The translations under genes and the position numbers were made by a program. Shown piece after piece: positions 19,432 to 33,024 of a DNA stretch of 60,000 nt. The DNA is from Squalus acanthias (Eukaryota), in NCBI GenBank assembly GCA_030390025.1, contig CM059433.1, forward strand, positions 8,992,001 to 9,052,000. Direction: 5' to 3'. The first letter of the stretch is position 1. The number at the start of each line of letters is the position of its first letter. Under the pieces are notes generated by a model. The model was not told where the DNA came from, did no database searches, and saw nothing but the letters and a program-made list of their open reading frames with translations.

Positions 19432-21235
19432 GCCCGGGCTTGTTCTTGCCAATTAATCAGCTGTCAGCGATCAGTCAGGGAGGCAATGGACACAGCTGGG
19501 AGACAAGAGCACACACAAACAGGGACACAAGGCAAGCAAGACTCCCTCTTTGCACCCAGATGTGCACAAGACTTTGAGAATCTGGAAGTCTTGGCTTTCT
19601 TGCATTTTTGCATCGCATCACTACCAACAACAACAAACCACCCTGCAGATTATAAGAAACCCAAAGATTATATAAGAGAGGGGGGGGGGGGGAGAATCTG
19701 TTAAATGAAAGAGATCTGACCGCTCTGCTTTATTCGCCCCGCGGGGCCTTCGGGATCTGGGAACTGTCGCTTTTTTTTGGTGTGCATGCTATAACATTAA
19801 AAAAAATAGTATTTTGTTACAGTTCAAAAGGTAACTGGACTAGTTTTTTTAATTTTTAAAATGGACATGCTACGTGAAATATTCTCAAGAATTAAGATTG
19901 CGTTTTATTCCATACCCATTGCATGCAGAGAGGGGGGGGGTAAATTCCGTTACTTGCAAAGAACAATTCACAAATGCAAAAAAAAAACAACAAAGGTAGA
20001 TTTTTTTAGTATATGAAAAGGGACGATATGTGCCAATTGCACGGGGGAAAAAAGTCTTGTATAAAACCATCAAATACTGTCATTATGCATCAAATTTTTG
20101 ACAGGGCCATGATAATCTCAGACCGACTGCTTTACTATATTGCATCACACATAACAAAAAAAAATGTACGGCAAGTGATACAGGCGAGGAAGCTGCATCA
20201 CTTATCGCATCAACATACAATGCAGCAGACGTGTTGAGACCGTGACACAGGCAGCGATTGGTAGATTGCAGCCTTCTATATCACTACAGCGCCTAACCAT
20301 TGCGATGAATGGAGACAATGAACCTACCATGCTTTACATTAACAACTCAAGCGAATCCATTGCACCAGTTATGATCAGACTTGAACGTATAGTGTGGTTC
20401 ACAACATGCTTTATGTATATATAATAAAATAAAGCTGCCAAGACGTTTTTTTTTTGGGGGGGGGGGTTGCTTTAGATTGAAACAGATAATTTCAAACACC
20501 AAATGCAGACATGACTTACAAAAAACTACGGCCGTGTTTACCGCATTTGTTAATTCTGAAAGGCAATTCCAGTAGTATTTTACCCCCCAAAAAAGGTATA
20601 CTGTAACACGTTTTTCAAAAACCGAATCCCTGGAATTTATATGCTTACAAAGAAGGATCATAACAAGACACATCCCAAAAATATGCATGTCATACAGATA
20701 AGTTTTGCCCTAACAGCAATTACTAATCACTGCATCGCTTTACATGAAAAGCTAATTTCAGACCGCAGATGTGGAAAGCCCTTGATAATTCTGGAGCGGT
20801 TAGTGAAATTACTTAACATCAATAAAACAGTATCGGATTCATTTGGTTAATGGTATGATCACTGTGAAGCAATTTAAAGTTCAAATTATAATGTCCAAAA
20901 CCTCTTAATTTATTGTTAGGCCTGGACACTGTGAGGTAGCATTGTTTAGAATGTGTAAAGCCTTGCAATATTGGCACGCGTCTTTAGATAGTCAGCTAAT
21001 AGCCTCTCGTTTTAATTGTCTGCCCTTTGTGATCGATAAACTGCTTGATAAAGTCGATTCAATGCATTGCCAGTGTTTTCAATATCAATATTGCAATTTC
21101 AAAGACAGCTGAAGAATGATTTTTGAAATGGCAGTGCTCGGCATGAACCCTGTACTGTCCGTAACTATGTGCTACTTACTGGCTGGAACTGGGGAAACGG
21201 TCCCATTTAACAATGAGGCACCAACCACTGTACCA

Positions 21236-21325
21236 GAAGGGTCACAGACCTGAAACGTTAACTCTTGTTTCTCTCTCCACGGATGCTGCCTGACCTGCTG
21301 AGTGTTTCCGGCATTTCCCGTTGTT
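21236..21325 (+). mobile_element. Penelope-type terminal fragment with truncated hammerhead
   Basis: GAAGGGTCACAGACCTGAAACGTTAACTC...GCTGCCTGACCTGCTGAG matches 17013-17100; the CTGANGA core is lost. Confidence 0.7.
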
Positions 21326-22448
21326 ATCACTGGAATAGTTACTGTTAATTATCTGAGTGTTTAATAAAAAAAATACTTTCTTGTTACATTTGATACTATT
21401 TCCGGAGCGATGGACACAAACTTTTTCGCTGTTTGTGAACAGTGTGTTGGTGAGACCATCTCCTGGGAAAGTACAAATGACAATCACTCAAATAAAACAA
21501 AAATACAATCCCCTATATATATATATATATGTTTATATTTATGTGCGTGTTTCCGTACCCAACTGAAAGTTTTCTGTATCTTAATTAAAGCCCTCCCTCC
21601 AATGATAACACTAAAATATTCAATGTTGTCACCAAGAACATCTGTTAGCTTGATCCTGGGATATTTTACTGGCCATTGAAGAAACAATTGAGAAACTTGC
21701 ATGATGACACCTGAAAAAGCTAAAATATATAAAACGCATTGCATTGAATAAAATGCTCATTCCAGGTCTTAATAGTTGGTGTACGACAGGCTGAATTTTC
21801 AGAGGGAAAATAAAATATACCCGCCGCTGTTTGTTGCCCTTAACCTGACGTTATGACATATACACACACAAAACAGAAGGTAAATTGCTGAATGACAAAA
21901 CAGCACTCCAGTTTTGTGAAATAACACTTTCTACATAACACTTTCTTTTTTATTAAAAGAAAGGGGAATATTACATTTGGTAAACAGTGCATATTATTGA
22001 GCCCGATTTATATGAGATGTCAAATCTCTTATCGACATTTTAGGGCGGAGCTCAATAAAAAAAGTAATTTCTACCCCCCTCTGATTTTATTGACACATAC
22101 AATATATTGTTGCCCAGGTAGGGGGTGTCGCCTGTACATCAACACGCCTTCTCAAATTCCAATAGTCGAACACAGTAAATGTAAATTAATTCCAAAAAAA
22201 TTGTGTGTGTGTTTTTTTAAAAAAAAGATCTGGCTCTAAAAATGTGATACTACAGGCAGGATTGTGGGTCGCACATCACAGAGTCCCTTTAAATGTCGCC
22301 TGGATGAAGCTTCCAGGTTCCTTCCTCGCTACAAGCGTTTCAAACCCGCCTCTGGTGTAACACAATTGGTCCAGGAGACTCGCTGCTGGGGGGGGAGGAG
22401 ACGGGCCAGTGACATTGCGGATCTGTGTAATTGACATTTCTCGCACCG

Positions 22449-22506
22449 CCAATGAATTGCGGGCCAGGGGTGGAACACACTGAAAGCCCGGAGTTCTGGT
22501 ATAAAT
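22449..22506 (+). promoter_or_regulatory. ID2: ID2 core promoter (CCAAT and TATA boxes)
   Basis: CCAAT 22449-22453 and TATAAAT 22500-22506, about 260 bp upstream of the ATG. Confidence 0.7.
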
Positions 22507-22763
22507 ACAAGCGAACTGGAAACGGACGGAGACACAGCAAAAAAAAAATACACAGCGGGGCTTGGTGGACACTTAAAGTAGGTAGAAGCTGGAATACTAG
22601 AGCCAATCAATCTCTTCCGTTCAATTTTTATTTAAAAGCATCTCTTTTTTTGGGGGGTGGGGGAGGTTTTTTTTTAGCGAGGGGGGGTGGGGGTTGGAGA
22701 GAGAGAGAGAAAAGAGAAAAAAAAAGGCAAGTCTCTCTCTTGAGATCTTTTTACCGATCCGAG

Positions 22764-23120
22764 ATGAAAGCTGTCAGCCCGATCCGATCAGCCAGGAAAC
22801 AAAGCAGCGGCGACGTTGTGCGCGGCCTGTCGGAGCAGAGCCTTGGCATCTCCAGGAGTAAAACGCCGGTCGAGGAACCTCTCGGCCTCCTCTACAACAT
22901 GAACGACTGCTACTCGAAATTGAAAGAGCTGGTGCCCAGCATCCCGCAGAACAAGAAGGTCAGCAAGATGGAAATTCTACAGCATGTCATCGACTACATT
23001 CTGGATCTGCAGATTGCCTTGGACACGCACCCTTCCATCGTCCTGCACCAGGGCCAGAATTCCCCCTCCAGGACGCCGCTGTCAACACTCAACGCAGACG
23101 TTGCCATCCTATCCTTACAG
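22764..23120 (+). CDS. ID2: Inhibitor of DNA binding 2, coding exon 1 (HLH domain, D-box)
   Basis: MKAVSPIRS...[45 protein letters not shown]...RTPLSTLN...ILSLQ, with donor CAG|GT at 23120/23121 (phase 0). Confidence 0.96.
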
Positions 23121-23355
23121 GTATCCATCCAGCCACCTCCTTTCAATGCACGTTATAAATGCTAAGAGCAGTTGACATTTTTTTTATACCTTGCGGTCAA
23201 ATTGCATTTTTATTTTTTTACAACGACAAAAAGGTAGTAGTTTTATTTTTATTTTTTCCTGCCTTTATTATTATTTTTTTCTCTGGCTGTACTTTTTTTT
23301 GTTGCCCTTATTTGTGATGGGAGATTACATTTTTTTTCCTTTCCTTTTCAATTAG

Positions 23356-23412
23356 GCATCTGAATTCCCCAAACAATTGTTGACAGACGACAGCAAGGCA
23401 TGTTGTCGCTGA
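23356..23412 (+). CDS. ID2: ID2 coding exon 2 (ASEFPKQLLTDDSKACCR*)
   Basis: Pyrimidine tract and AG at 23354-23355; resembles the ID2 C-terminus ASEFP...DSKA; donor GTAAGT at 23420. Total protein 137 aa. Confidence 0.93.
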   Translation, partial: ASEFPKQLLTDDSKACCR

Positions 23413-24089
23413 TCTACCGGTAAGTACAAATTACCGATTTTATTTTTGTGTGTTGTGTGTGTGTGCATATTTTTTTTGTGGGAGGAGGGTTTAACACCCG
23501 CTCTGGCCTTGTTTTAGGTAAACCCCGATTATGGAGAAACTACCTAAATTAATCTATTGTGTGTGTGTGTATATATATTTTTGGGAAGAGGCACGTGAGA
23601 GTAGTCTTAGAAATCAAACTCGATGGTAAGGTGAAGCCGAGATGTTTTACTGAAATTGCTGCACGTCAGGTTATGAGAACCGATCTCCCCATGCGAATTT
23701 TACTATCCCATTCTGCAAAAAAAAACAAAATCCCCTAAACATCAAGAATCCTTTTTATATTTTTGTGTCACTCTTGTGTTAAACCGAAGTGAAACTTAAC
23801 CCAAAAATGGAAGCTTAAAGTTTTAAAAAAAAAATATATATATAATGCAGTCAGACAAACAAATGTCTTGTGGTGCGGGGTGAAATTTGACTTGGATGCA
23901 CGTGAGTGGGTTTTAAGAGGCGCTTTGTACAGACAGTCAGAGAGAGAGTGCAGGCTTGGGGAACGGCTGGAGGCTGGCAAAATGCTGTTTGTGTGGCTTC
24001 CTTCTGTGGCGCCAGTCTGTCCGAAGGCCCGAGCTCTGTGTGTGTTTTGTTACTAACACGCCCCTCCTTTTCTATTCAGTGTTTTGCAG

Positions 24090-24343
24090 GTGTTCGTACA
24101 TCACGAGGCCTGAGCTGATGCAGCCCCTGGAGCGATCGCAGCCACCAAGTGACCCAACAGCAATCATTGACTGACTGTGACTCGACTCCCTGACTGATCC
24201 TCCAGCTCCCTTTTCACCCGGACTGATCGGTTATTTATAAACGGACTTGAATGCCCTTTCTTCATTGGGAGAAGGCTTGCAGTTGTTGTCTTTAATAGTT
24301 TTATTATTAATATATCCCAGATGAGGGAAAGCGCAAAAAAAAC

Positions 24344-24377
<34 letters not shown>

Positions 24378-24705
24378 AGGAAAACCGCCGTTGGAGGAAG
24401 ACTTTGCCTTCTGAAGGTTGAGCGTGGCCGAAGAGAGAGAGAAATCCGACTGTTGATTTTTTTTTGATTTAAAAAAAAAACATTTTGTCAGAAATTTTAT
24501 TTTTCTGACATAAGCAGGACTGGCGCGGAGTTTGTGTGATAGACAGCCTTGTGAACTCTAATCAGAGTATTGTGTATAGTAGCGGAGATGTCTATTTCTA
24601 CAACGTTGTCATGCTGTACTTAATTAATGCTGAAACTTTTTATAAAAGTTAATATTGTAAATCGTACTTTTTTTATACAAAATAAATCGTCGCTTACTTG
24701 AATGC
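24090..24705 (+). other. ID2: ID2 exon 3 (non-coding 3' UTR)
   Basis: Acceptor TTTTGCAG|GTGTTC at 24089/24090, AATAAA at 24681-24686; fits the three-exon structure of Id genes. The 3' end is approximate. Confidence 0.75.
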
Positions 24706-27403
24706 GGAGTGAGTTCATTGCCCTTGGAGGTGGGTGAGAATTTTAACTGATAAACACGTGTACATTATGTTATATAATATATATATATAATACTGGGCAG
24801 AGTGCTCGCTGTTCATAGAAACATGGGAAATGTGACTATCTAAAGCAGCTGTCTCTACACGTGGGAGAATGTCGAATACAGAACTTGGTGCGAACTCGGT
24901 CGATTTCGAAGGAAAGGCAGCGAATTTCAGCAAACCGTGACCCGCTCCCTCGTGTGCGTTACACTTCCCAAGGTAGTGACAGATTAATCAATGGACCTGC
25001 ATCTTAATAGCCTGCGCGGAGTTTATCATCTCTTGTAATAAACATTGAGCAGATTTTTTGTTCAGATGCACTGGTAGATTTACTGGCTGCAAATTTGCAA
25101 ACTTATTTCTAAACTTTAAAATTGCCTTTTTGCTTTTTCAACTTGTACCCCCTTGCATGGTGCTGCACTGTAAACAAACTGGTAAAGTTTTCGAGAGAAA
25201 GCTTGTAAGACACCTAACCCATCAAGATTTCACATGCGCCAGGCCTTTTTTAAAAAAAAACAATAAATGGGACCGAGATAAAGGCAATGCGCACAGACTT
25301 GAATCTGATCCTCGAAAGTGGGGGTCAAAACTGCTTCAAAATAAAGGCGTTTATTAATGATCCAGAAACCATCCCAGTTGGAGAAAATGCGGTCTCACTG
25401 ATTTCAACTCGATGGTGTGACTACCTTCAAAAGTATATTGGCAATGTTGTCACCAATGGCAATCCTAGTAATCACCTTAATGGTGCAACGTTTACTGTTT
25501 CGCAACTTTTGTGCATAATTTAATTAGGGGTTACAACCCCTGTATAATTGTGCCGTGTATTCAACCAGCCCGTGCTCATCTTGGAGATGCACCACGTCGC
25601 TGGTGAGAGTACCTCCAGAAAGAATTGTTGTGTGTTGCACAGCTCTCTCCAGTTAGTTATAATCTGGGTTAGCCAGCGTGTACCCAGTGCTGGGAGCTCT
25701 TATTCTGAAAGAAGGAATCTTCTTGCGAAACACCCTCTCACCTGTGTGCAGTAAGACATTAAGCTGAGTTTTAACAGGTGTTGGGGAGGCGGCAGCCAGT
25801 CTGGAGCTGTTGCCCTTGACACAGTGCCACACATACACACACACACACACCTACAGCCCCGGGGGCTGCTCGCTATTCCTCCCTCAGCACGATCGAGAGA
25901 AAGTCAGACCCATTACACTGTACAACTACTGCAGCCGAATAGAAATCGACTCATTACTGCCCTTACATTACATGGACAAGGAGGGAGTCTGATCCCCTGC
26001 ACCCACAATGTTATGCAGACTGAGAAAAGTCCGCAATTCTGATCTTCATCCAGTGCATCATCACCCCCAGCAACCAAATTCTAATTACATTTATTAAGTT
26101 TTTAAGTTACAGTCTTATTTGTTGGTGGGTTGCTCAGTAAAAGTACACCGGTTCTGGGAAAGCTCTCGTTCTGGGAAAGCTCTCCTGTCCCCAGTTTGGT
26201 GAACCTTTGCTGCACTCCTCACACTGTGCGCAGTGACAGCTGCGAGCACTGGTTTTTTTTTGCACTTTAATCCGACGCTGATCACATTGCACACACACAC
26301 CACACCGTGAGGAGTCCTCGCTTCAATACCAGGCACACATGGAAAAGGCAGAGATCTCAAGGTTGGGATCCGACTTTGAAACAGGTTGGCCGCGGGCAAG
26401 GCAGCTCACAAAGCCGCGTTCACACAACCAGCGGGCAAGGGGCCGGTTATGCCGAATATCACACTCTCTACCCCACTTAAGCAAACATTGGCAGGGTCGC
26501 AGTGTATGAAACTCTGGATACCACCCACTTTACAGAAACATTACTGCCTGTTACACTGGTAAATCGGGGAGAGGGGCGGAGAGGAGATTGAGTCCAATGC
26601 CATCTCTTGATCTGTGTCTGGCTTCACACTGACAGGCCCCTGAATGACGCCTGCCTGGTGAGTCTTGTTACCACAACGTGCGGTGACCAGGATATGAATG
26701 TCTTTTCCCTTTTACCCATAAATAACCAGCCCCCTTTGTGCTTTGTCACACACATTACGTTGCATTCTCCCTGTTTTCCAGGCCTTCGGATGAACAAAGT
26801 TGGTGTGAGGCAGCACAGGACACCCCGAAAGTGTCCCTGGAACTCACCTGGCACAGACAGTTCAGCTCCTGACAGTGCTGCTCTTGTGAGTTGCAACTGC
26901 ACCGTGGAACCCCAGGCAAATCACACTTGGGAGGGAGGAGGGGGGGCAAGTTGCAAGCAAGGATCATTTCCTTACTCCAATAAATCGTGCCCTTGCCCTT
27001 TATGAGATTGATGCTCGTGCAGTGAAGTTTTATTTTATGAAGAGTTGCTTTCTCTCCCCCCGTCCCCCCCCCCCCCCCCACCACCCCTCTCTGATCTGGG
27101 AGGCAGGCCAGAAGCTAATGCAGAGTGACTTTGAGGGGGCTGAGTGACTGGTTTGTGGGAGCAACGCGCCATCTGCCGGCGAGGCATATCCGAATCCACA
27201 GCAGCAACAACCTTCCTGACAAAAAACCGAGAAAAAAACATCCCAGGGCCGCTCCACAGAGAACAGTAACACGGGAGGGGGGGGGGGGGGTGGTTAGCAG
27301 TGATGGCCAAAAGCTTGCTGGAAGACATATTTATTTTCAGAAGGGAGGTAGAAAAATGGAGAGATTGAGAGAGGAAGTTCCAAAGAGTTGAGCCAAGGCC
27401 ATA

Positions 27404-27706
27404 GAAAAAAAAAGAAAGACTTGCATTTATATAGCGCCTTTCACGACCACCAGACGTCTCAAAACGCTTTACAGCCAATGAAGTACTCTTTTGAAGTGGA
27501 GTCACTGTAGGAATGTGGGAAACGCGGCAGCCAATTTGCGCACAGCAAGCTCCCACAAACAGCAATGTGATAATGACCAGATAATCTGTTTTTGTTATGT
27601 TGGTTGAGGGATAAATATTGGCCAGGACACCGGGGATAACTCCCCTGCTCTTCTTCAAAATAGTGCCGTGGGATCTTTTACGTCCACCTGAGAGAGCAGA
27701 CGGGGC
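27404..27706 (-). mobile_element. DeuSINE (SacSINE1-like), 5'-truncated
   Basis: Reverse complement of the 3' part of 16088-16549. Confidence 0.8.
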
Positions 27707-27707
27707 A

Positions 27708-28308
27708 ATCATAGAAATTTACAGCACAGAAGGAGGCCATTCGGCCCATCTTGTCCGTGCCGGCCGACAAAGAGCTCTCCAGCCTAATCCCACTTTCCAG
27801 CTCTTGGTCCGTAGCCTTGTAGGTTACGGCACTTCAAGTGCATATCCAAGTAATTTTTAAATGTGCTGAGGGTCTCTGCCTCTACCACCCTTTCAGGCAG
27901 TGAGTTCCAGACCCCCACCACCCTCTGGGTGAAAACATTTCTCCTCAAATCCTCTCTAAACCTCCGACCAATTACTTTAAATCTATGCCCCCTGGTTATT
28001 GACCCTTCTGCCAAGGGAAATAGGTCCTTCCTATCCACTCTATCTCGGCCCCTCATAATTTTATACAGCTCGATTAGGTCTCCCCTCAGCCTCCTCTGTT
28101 CCAAAGAAAACAACCCCAGCCTATCCAATCTTCCCTCATAGCTAAAATTCCCCAGCCCAGGCAACATCCTCGTAAATCTCCTCTGCACCCCCCTCTAGTC
28201 CAATCACATCTTTCCTGTAATGTGGTGACCAGAACTGCACGCAGTATTCTAGCTGTGGCCTAACTAGTGTTTTATACAGTTCAAGCATAACCTCCCCTGC
28301 TCTTATAT
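27708..28308 (-). mobile_element. CR1 LINE 3' fragment
   Basis: ORF2 C-terminus (LVRPQLEYCVQFWSP, QRRFTRM, LFSLEQRRLRGDLIE, FTQRVV) plus a CR1 3' tail. Confidence 0.9.
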
Positions 28309-28309
28309 T

Positions 28310-29790
28310 TGAAGGCCCTGACACCAAAGGTGGGTGAGGTGAGGGGGAGGGGGTGGGGGCAATGGATGTAGGAGAGCCCGAGCTAGGGAACATTGAGGGG
28401 TTGGGGGTGTAAGGCTGGAAAAAATTGCAGAAGTAGGGAGGGGCAAGGCCACGGAGTGATTTATAGATGAGGATGAGGATTTCAAATTTGATCCACTGAA
28501 GTATATGGAGCTAATGTAGCTCAGCGAGGATGGGGGTGGTGGGCGAGTGGGACTTGGGGAGTGTGCAGCTGGGTTTTGGATGGTTTCAAGTTTGGAGGGA
28601 TTGCAGGTCAGGAGATTGGCTTTAAAAGAAAAAGACTTGCATTTCTATAGCGCCTTTCATGACTACTGGACGTCTCAAAGCGCTTCACAGCCAAAGAAGT
28701 ACTTTTGAAGTGTAGTCACTGTTGTAATGTGGGAAACGCAGCAGCCAATTTGCGCACAGCAAGCTCCCACAAACAGCAATGTGATAATGACCCAGATAAT
28801 CTGTTTTTGTTATGTTGGTTGAGGGATAAATATTGGCCCCAGGACACCGGGGATAACTCCCCTGCTCTTCTTTGGAATAGTGCCCATGCGGTCTTTAACG
28901 TCCACCTGAGAGAGCAGACGGGGCCTCGGTTTAACGTCTCATCCGAAAGACGGCACCTCCGACAGTGCAGCACTCCCTCAGCACTGCACTGGGAGAGTGT
29001 CAGCCTAGCTTTATGTGCTCAAGTCCCTGGAGTGGGGACTGTGAACCCACAACCTTCTGACTCAGAGGCGAGTCGTGCCACCCACTGAACCACAGCTGAG
29101 ACTAGGTTGCGTACAGACCGGTTCAGCCTCAGTGCGCAGCCAGGCAGGTGTTGGGAGTCAGTGACGAGGGGACAATGTTTTTGGCAGGGGGCAGAAACAA
29201 AGACATCGGTACCTGCAATCTCCAATTGTAGGAAAGTCCGGACTCAAACTTGACTTTGTCAGACAGGCAGTTTGACAGCACAGAGAGAGAGAGTCATGGG
29301 GTGGAGTGAAGTGGTGAAGAGTTGAGTGTTGTCAACGTACATGTGGAAGCTGACCCATCGACTGTGAATTAAGTCACCGAGGGGCAGCATTGTGCATTGG
29401 GGAGCGAGGGAAATTAAGGTGCAGGTTGAGGTCGCTAAGCATGAGAAATTGGCTTGCTGCACAGGCTGCTGAAGGACTAGAAGGGAGGCGATCTTAGCAA
29501 GGAAGCTGCCATGGGATTCAGGAGGACGGTAGATGACAAGAACTTTAAATGGTCGGTGGAAGATGGTGAGATGTTTGAACGAGGAAGAGGTGCCAAGGAG
29601 TTGGGGAGAGTCTGAGGTGGAACTTGGCGATCAGAGCTGTGCCACTGCTATTGCAGTTTGGATGGGGTACATGGTGAAACGTGCTGCCTGTCATGAGGCT
29701 TCACTGAGAGGGAAGTAATCACAGGCCTTAAGCCATGTATCTGTCAGCGCCAGGATGTCACTTGAGTCATCCAGGAGGATATAAACTTCA
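28310..29790 (-). mobile_element. Old degraded L2 LINE fragment interrupted by a SINE
   Basis: Similar to the L2 at 47175-48290; SFHMYVDNTQL is a decayed YADDTQL. Boundaries approximate. Confidence 0.55.
28624..29102 (-). mobile_element. DeuSINE (SacSINE1-like), full length
   Basis: Reverse complement of 16088-16549 including the tRNA head. Confidence 0.85.
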
Positions 29791-30400
29791 CTTCATGTTC
29801 TTGTTTATTTGGAAATTCCACTGAAATCACCCTTGCGGTAAGTTCTGTTTACTTGGGTAGATTTTGAAATTTGGACTGTCACTACACAGATTTAATACAT
29901 TTTATTTTTCTTCTGCATATCATATTCCATTTTACGTGATTATTACCTTTGAAATGTTAAACATAGTGTTCGGCCGTGTGCAGTTTTACTTGAATGAATC
30001 GGTAGGGTGTTGCTGCCCACTGCTGGTCAGAGGTGGAGTGCCAGGCACACCAGCTTGAAAGCAATTTCCTTTTCATTCATTCAAAATTTGAATGGCTGGG
30101 ACTTCTCAAAGGGTAAGTTGTACAATGCGGTGTGCTGCTGAGCCCTACATACCAGGAAGGTCCTAGGTTAAGGGAGCTGAGCAGCCATAGAGCAAGATGC
30201 TGAATTAGAGCCTCCCCTTAACCAGGGAGCATCGTGAAGGGTTAGTTGTACAAGTGTTGCTTTAAAAGGGGGAAGAGTGTGCTGATGCCCGGGGTGGGCA
30301 ATAAAGAAATGGGAGAATGTCCAGTGTGTTACCTTGCCTGCCCTGGTGAGGTTGTTGAACTTTTGTGGCACTGTCAATAGTCCTGTGGGTGAGAGAGTTG

Positions 30401-30751
30401 GCATTCCCAGGTCAGGTACAGCATAGTTAGAAATAAATTAAACAACACCCTTCCGCATCCACGTGATTAAAGGGGAGGGGCCTAGCGCAGCCTATTTACG
30501 TTGGAGCCGGAGTGGTTCAATGGACGAGACACTGTTCTTTCTCATCTGGGCACCTGAATTTCAATCCAGCACAGATAAGTCTCCTCTGTCCCATATGAAA
30601 TAAGTTTTGGCAGTCTCAGTGAGCTTGGTAACTGGTAATCTCACTTTGAGTGGACACGGGATATCTGGTGTGGGAAATAGAAATATCACGTGGATGCGGA
30701 AGGGTGTTGTTTAATTTAATTCTAACTATGCTGTACCTGACCTGGGAATGC
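30401..30751. repeat. 67-bp near-perfect inverted repeat (30401-30467 / 30685-30751)
   Basis: One mismatch between the arms; 217-bp spacer. Confidence 0.92.
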
Positions 30752-30775
30752 TTGATACTGACACTGAATGCCCAA
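30500..30775 (+). mobile_element. Ancient tRNA-derived SINE remnant (LF-SINE-like)
   Basis: TTCAATCCAGCACAGA, TGAAATAAGTTTTGGCAGTCTCAG, GGTAATCTCA and GCTGTACCTGACCTG blocks shared with 53980-54350. The family name comes from my recollection of the LF-SINE consensus. Confidence 0.45.
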
Positions 30776-31194
30776 GATGGAAAAGTTCTCTATTTCCGAG
30801 CCGTATCATTGTTGATGTGAATAAAAACTCACTCCAAAAAAAAGTTTTAGAGAAAAAAACTAGGTCAGGCTAAGGCACTTGCTCTTAAAAATTAATTACA
30901 AAAGAGCTGTAACCCTGAACTGAGGAATTCAAAATTGGAAAGACTGAGTAATATTAATTAGCAATTAATGACTATTCTGAATTGTGTACGGTGTCTTTTC
31001 AAGGATCAGGTTACCAGACTGTTCTGGAATATAATCAGCTAAAAGTTCTTATTGAATGACATGCGTGAGATACCTTACACAGAGATCAGCAATTACAGTA
31101 ATGAAACCCTAACTTTATCTCACAGTGTAATCAGATGCTCTAAAAACCATAAACATTGCCAAACAAATCAAATATGATCATATTAAATTGCAAT

Positions 31195-31823
31195 CATAGA
31201 ATGGTTACAGCACGGAAGCAGGCCATTCGGCCCGTCGAGCCCGTGCCGGCTCTCTGTAAGAGCACCTCAGCCAGTCCCACTCCCCCCCGCCCTTTCCCCG
31301 CAGCCCTGCAAAATTTTTTCCTTCAGATACTTACCCAACTCTCTTTTGAAAGATAAGATTGAGTCTGCCTCCACCACCCTTTCAGGAAGTTTTTTTTATT
31401 ATTCGGTCACGGGATGTGAGCGTCGTTGGCAAGGCCGGCATTTATTGCCCACCCCTAATTGCTAATTGCCCTTGAGAAGGTGGTGGTGAGCCGCCTTCTT
31501 GAACCGCTGCAGTCCGTGTGGTGAAGGTACTCCCACAGTGCTGTTAGGGAGGGAGTTCCAGGATTTTGACCCAGCGACAATGAAGGATTCGCGATATATT
31601 TCTAAGTCAGGATGGTGTGTGACTTGGAGGGGAACTTGGAAGTGCATTCCAGATCACTCACTGCGTAAAAAAGTTTTTTCTTACGTCGCCTTTGGTTCTT
31701 CTGCCAATCACCTTAAATCTGTGTCCTCTCGTTCTCGACCCTTCTGCCAATGGGAACCGTTTCTCTCTATCAACTCTGTCCAGACCCCTCATGATTTTGA
31801 ACACCTCTATCAAATCTCCTCTC
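31195..31823 (-). mobile_element. CR1 3' fragment with a nested LINE 3' end (31391-31637)
   Basis: CR1 tail and LRGDLIEVFKIMRG coding remnant, split by the 3' end of the family seen at 33025-35199; GGAAGT is duplicated on both sides. Confidence 0.8.
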
Positions 31824-33024
31824 AAGCTTGAAGCTTGAAAGAAAAATGACTTTCCTGAACTATCGTGGACTCCATTGCCCATTAGAGAATACTTGGATTC
31901 TTCCACTGTAGTATGTAGCGGGTCCTCAAATCTAGCTCTTATCAATCATAAGAAATGTCCCTCATTAAACCCAGTGTGCACACCCTTTACCAGATTTAGC
32001 ACTCAGGGTAACCTATATCTCCCCATTGTAAAAACAAACTTTGACAGAGCAGCTTTTGTGCTTTCAGGCTCCCAAGTTATGTATCACAAAACTTTAATAG
32101 CATTGAAGTAAGGAATTCAAAATGTTAGACTGTACAATGTTAATCGACATTTTACCCATTTCTCTCTTCTACTGTACATCTTGGTTAGATGACATTTGGC
32201 AAGAATGCATTCTGAACAAGATTTCAGGTGTAACTGGATAATCTGTACAAATCTTACGTAAATAGCATGGATGTTAAAATGAATAGTTCCCCCATCCTCC
32301 ATATTAGCCTCGCAACTCTATTTCTCAACTAATTCCACCTCCCCGAGCACAGAATTGTGTCTTGACGTATAAGTTAAAGGGGGAAAAAGTGTAAGTGCAA
32401 TTCTGAAATTTCTTGTGCTGTCGGGAAATTCTAACTTGCCTGCAGTATGAAACCTCCAGTGACAGTGAGGGTGAATCATAGAGTGTTTTGTAGGTCACAT
32501 ATACGTTTTACGCTGCTGCAAGAATACAATTGACTCACAACCTTAGCTGTTGTAGGTTTCAGGTAAATATGCTGAGATGGTTCATCACTCAAATAATCTC
32601 TCAGAATTTCGCAGAACAAAGAAAAACGAGTATATATCTGTATCATTAAAAGTTTTGTGGTTAGCGTACGGCATTTTTTTTTTTCATTTTGATTGGCAAG
32701 CCGACTGCTTCTCTCAAATTTCCCATTCACTAAAGAGAACACGACCTCATCTGCTCTGCTTTTCCATTCATTAAAATGCAGAAAGTGAAGGACCAGCAAA
32801 CAATTAAAATCGCTTCAAGTTTTTTTTACCAAAATCTTTTGAGCAGACATGTTGGTTTCCCACTCGCCTCACCATCGACCGCCAAAATTTAATTCGTAAT
32901 GTCATCAAAAAATTATGTAATTGTGAAAAAATTAATGAATGCATCCACATACCCATGTTAGGACTACTTTCAACCACTTTCCTCTGTATAGGCCTGCCAC
33001 TCTCGCTGGGGCTTGGAGCTTTTG

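Noticed and set aside
22431..22763. N-terminal extension of the ID2 ORF (244 aa in the track)
   Set aside because: Starts at TTG upstream of the TATA box and runs through low-complexity 5' UTR.
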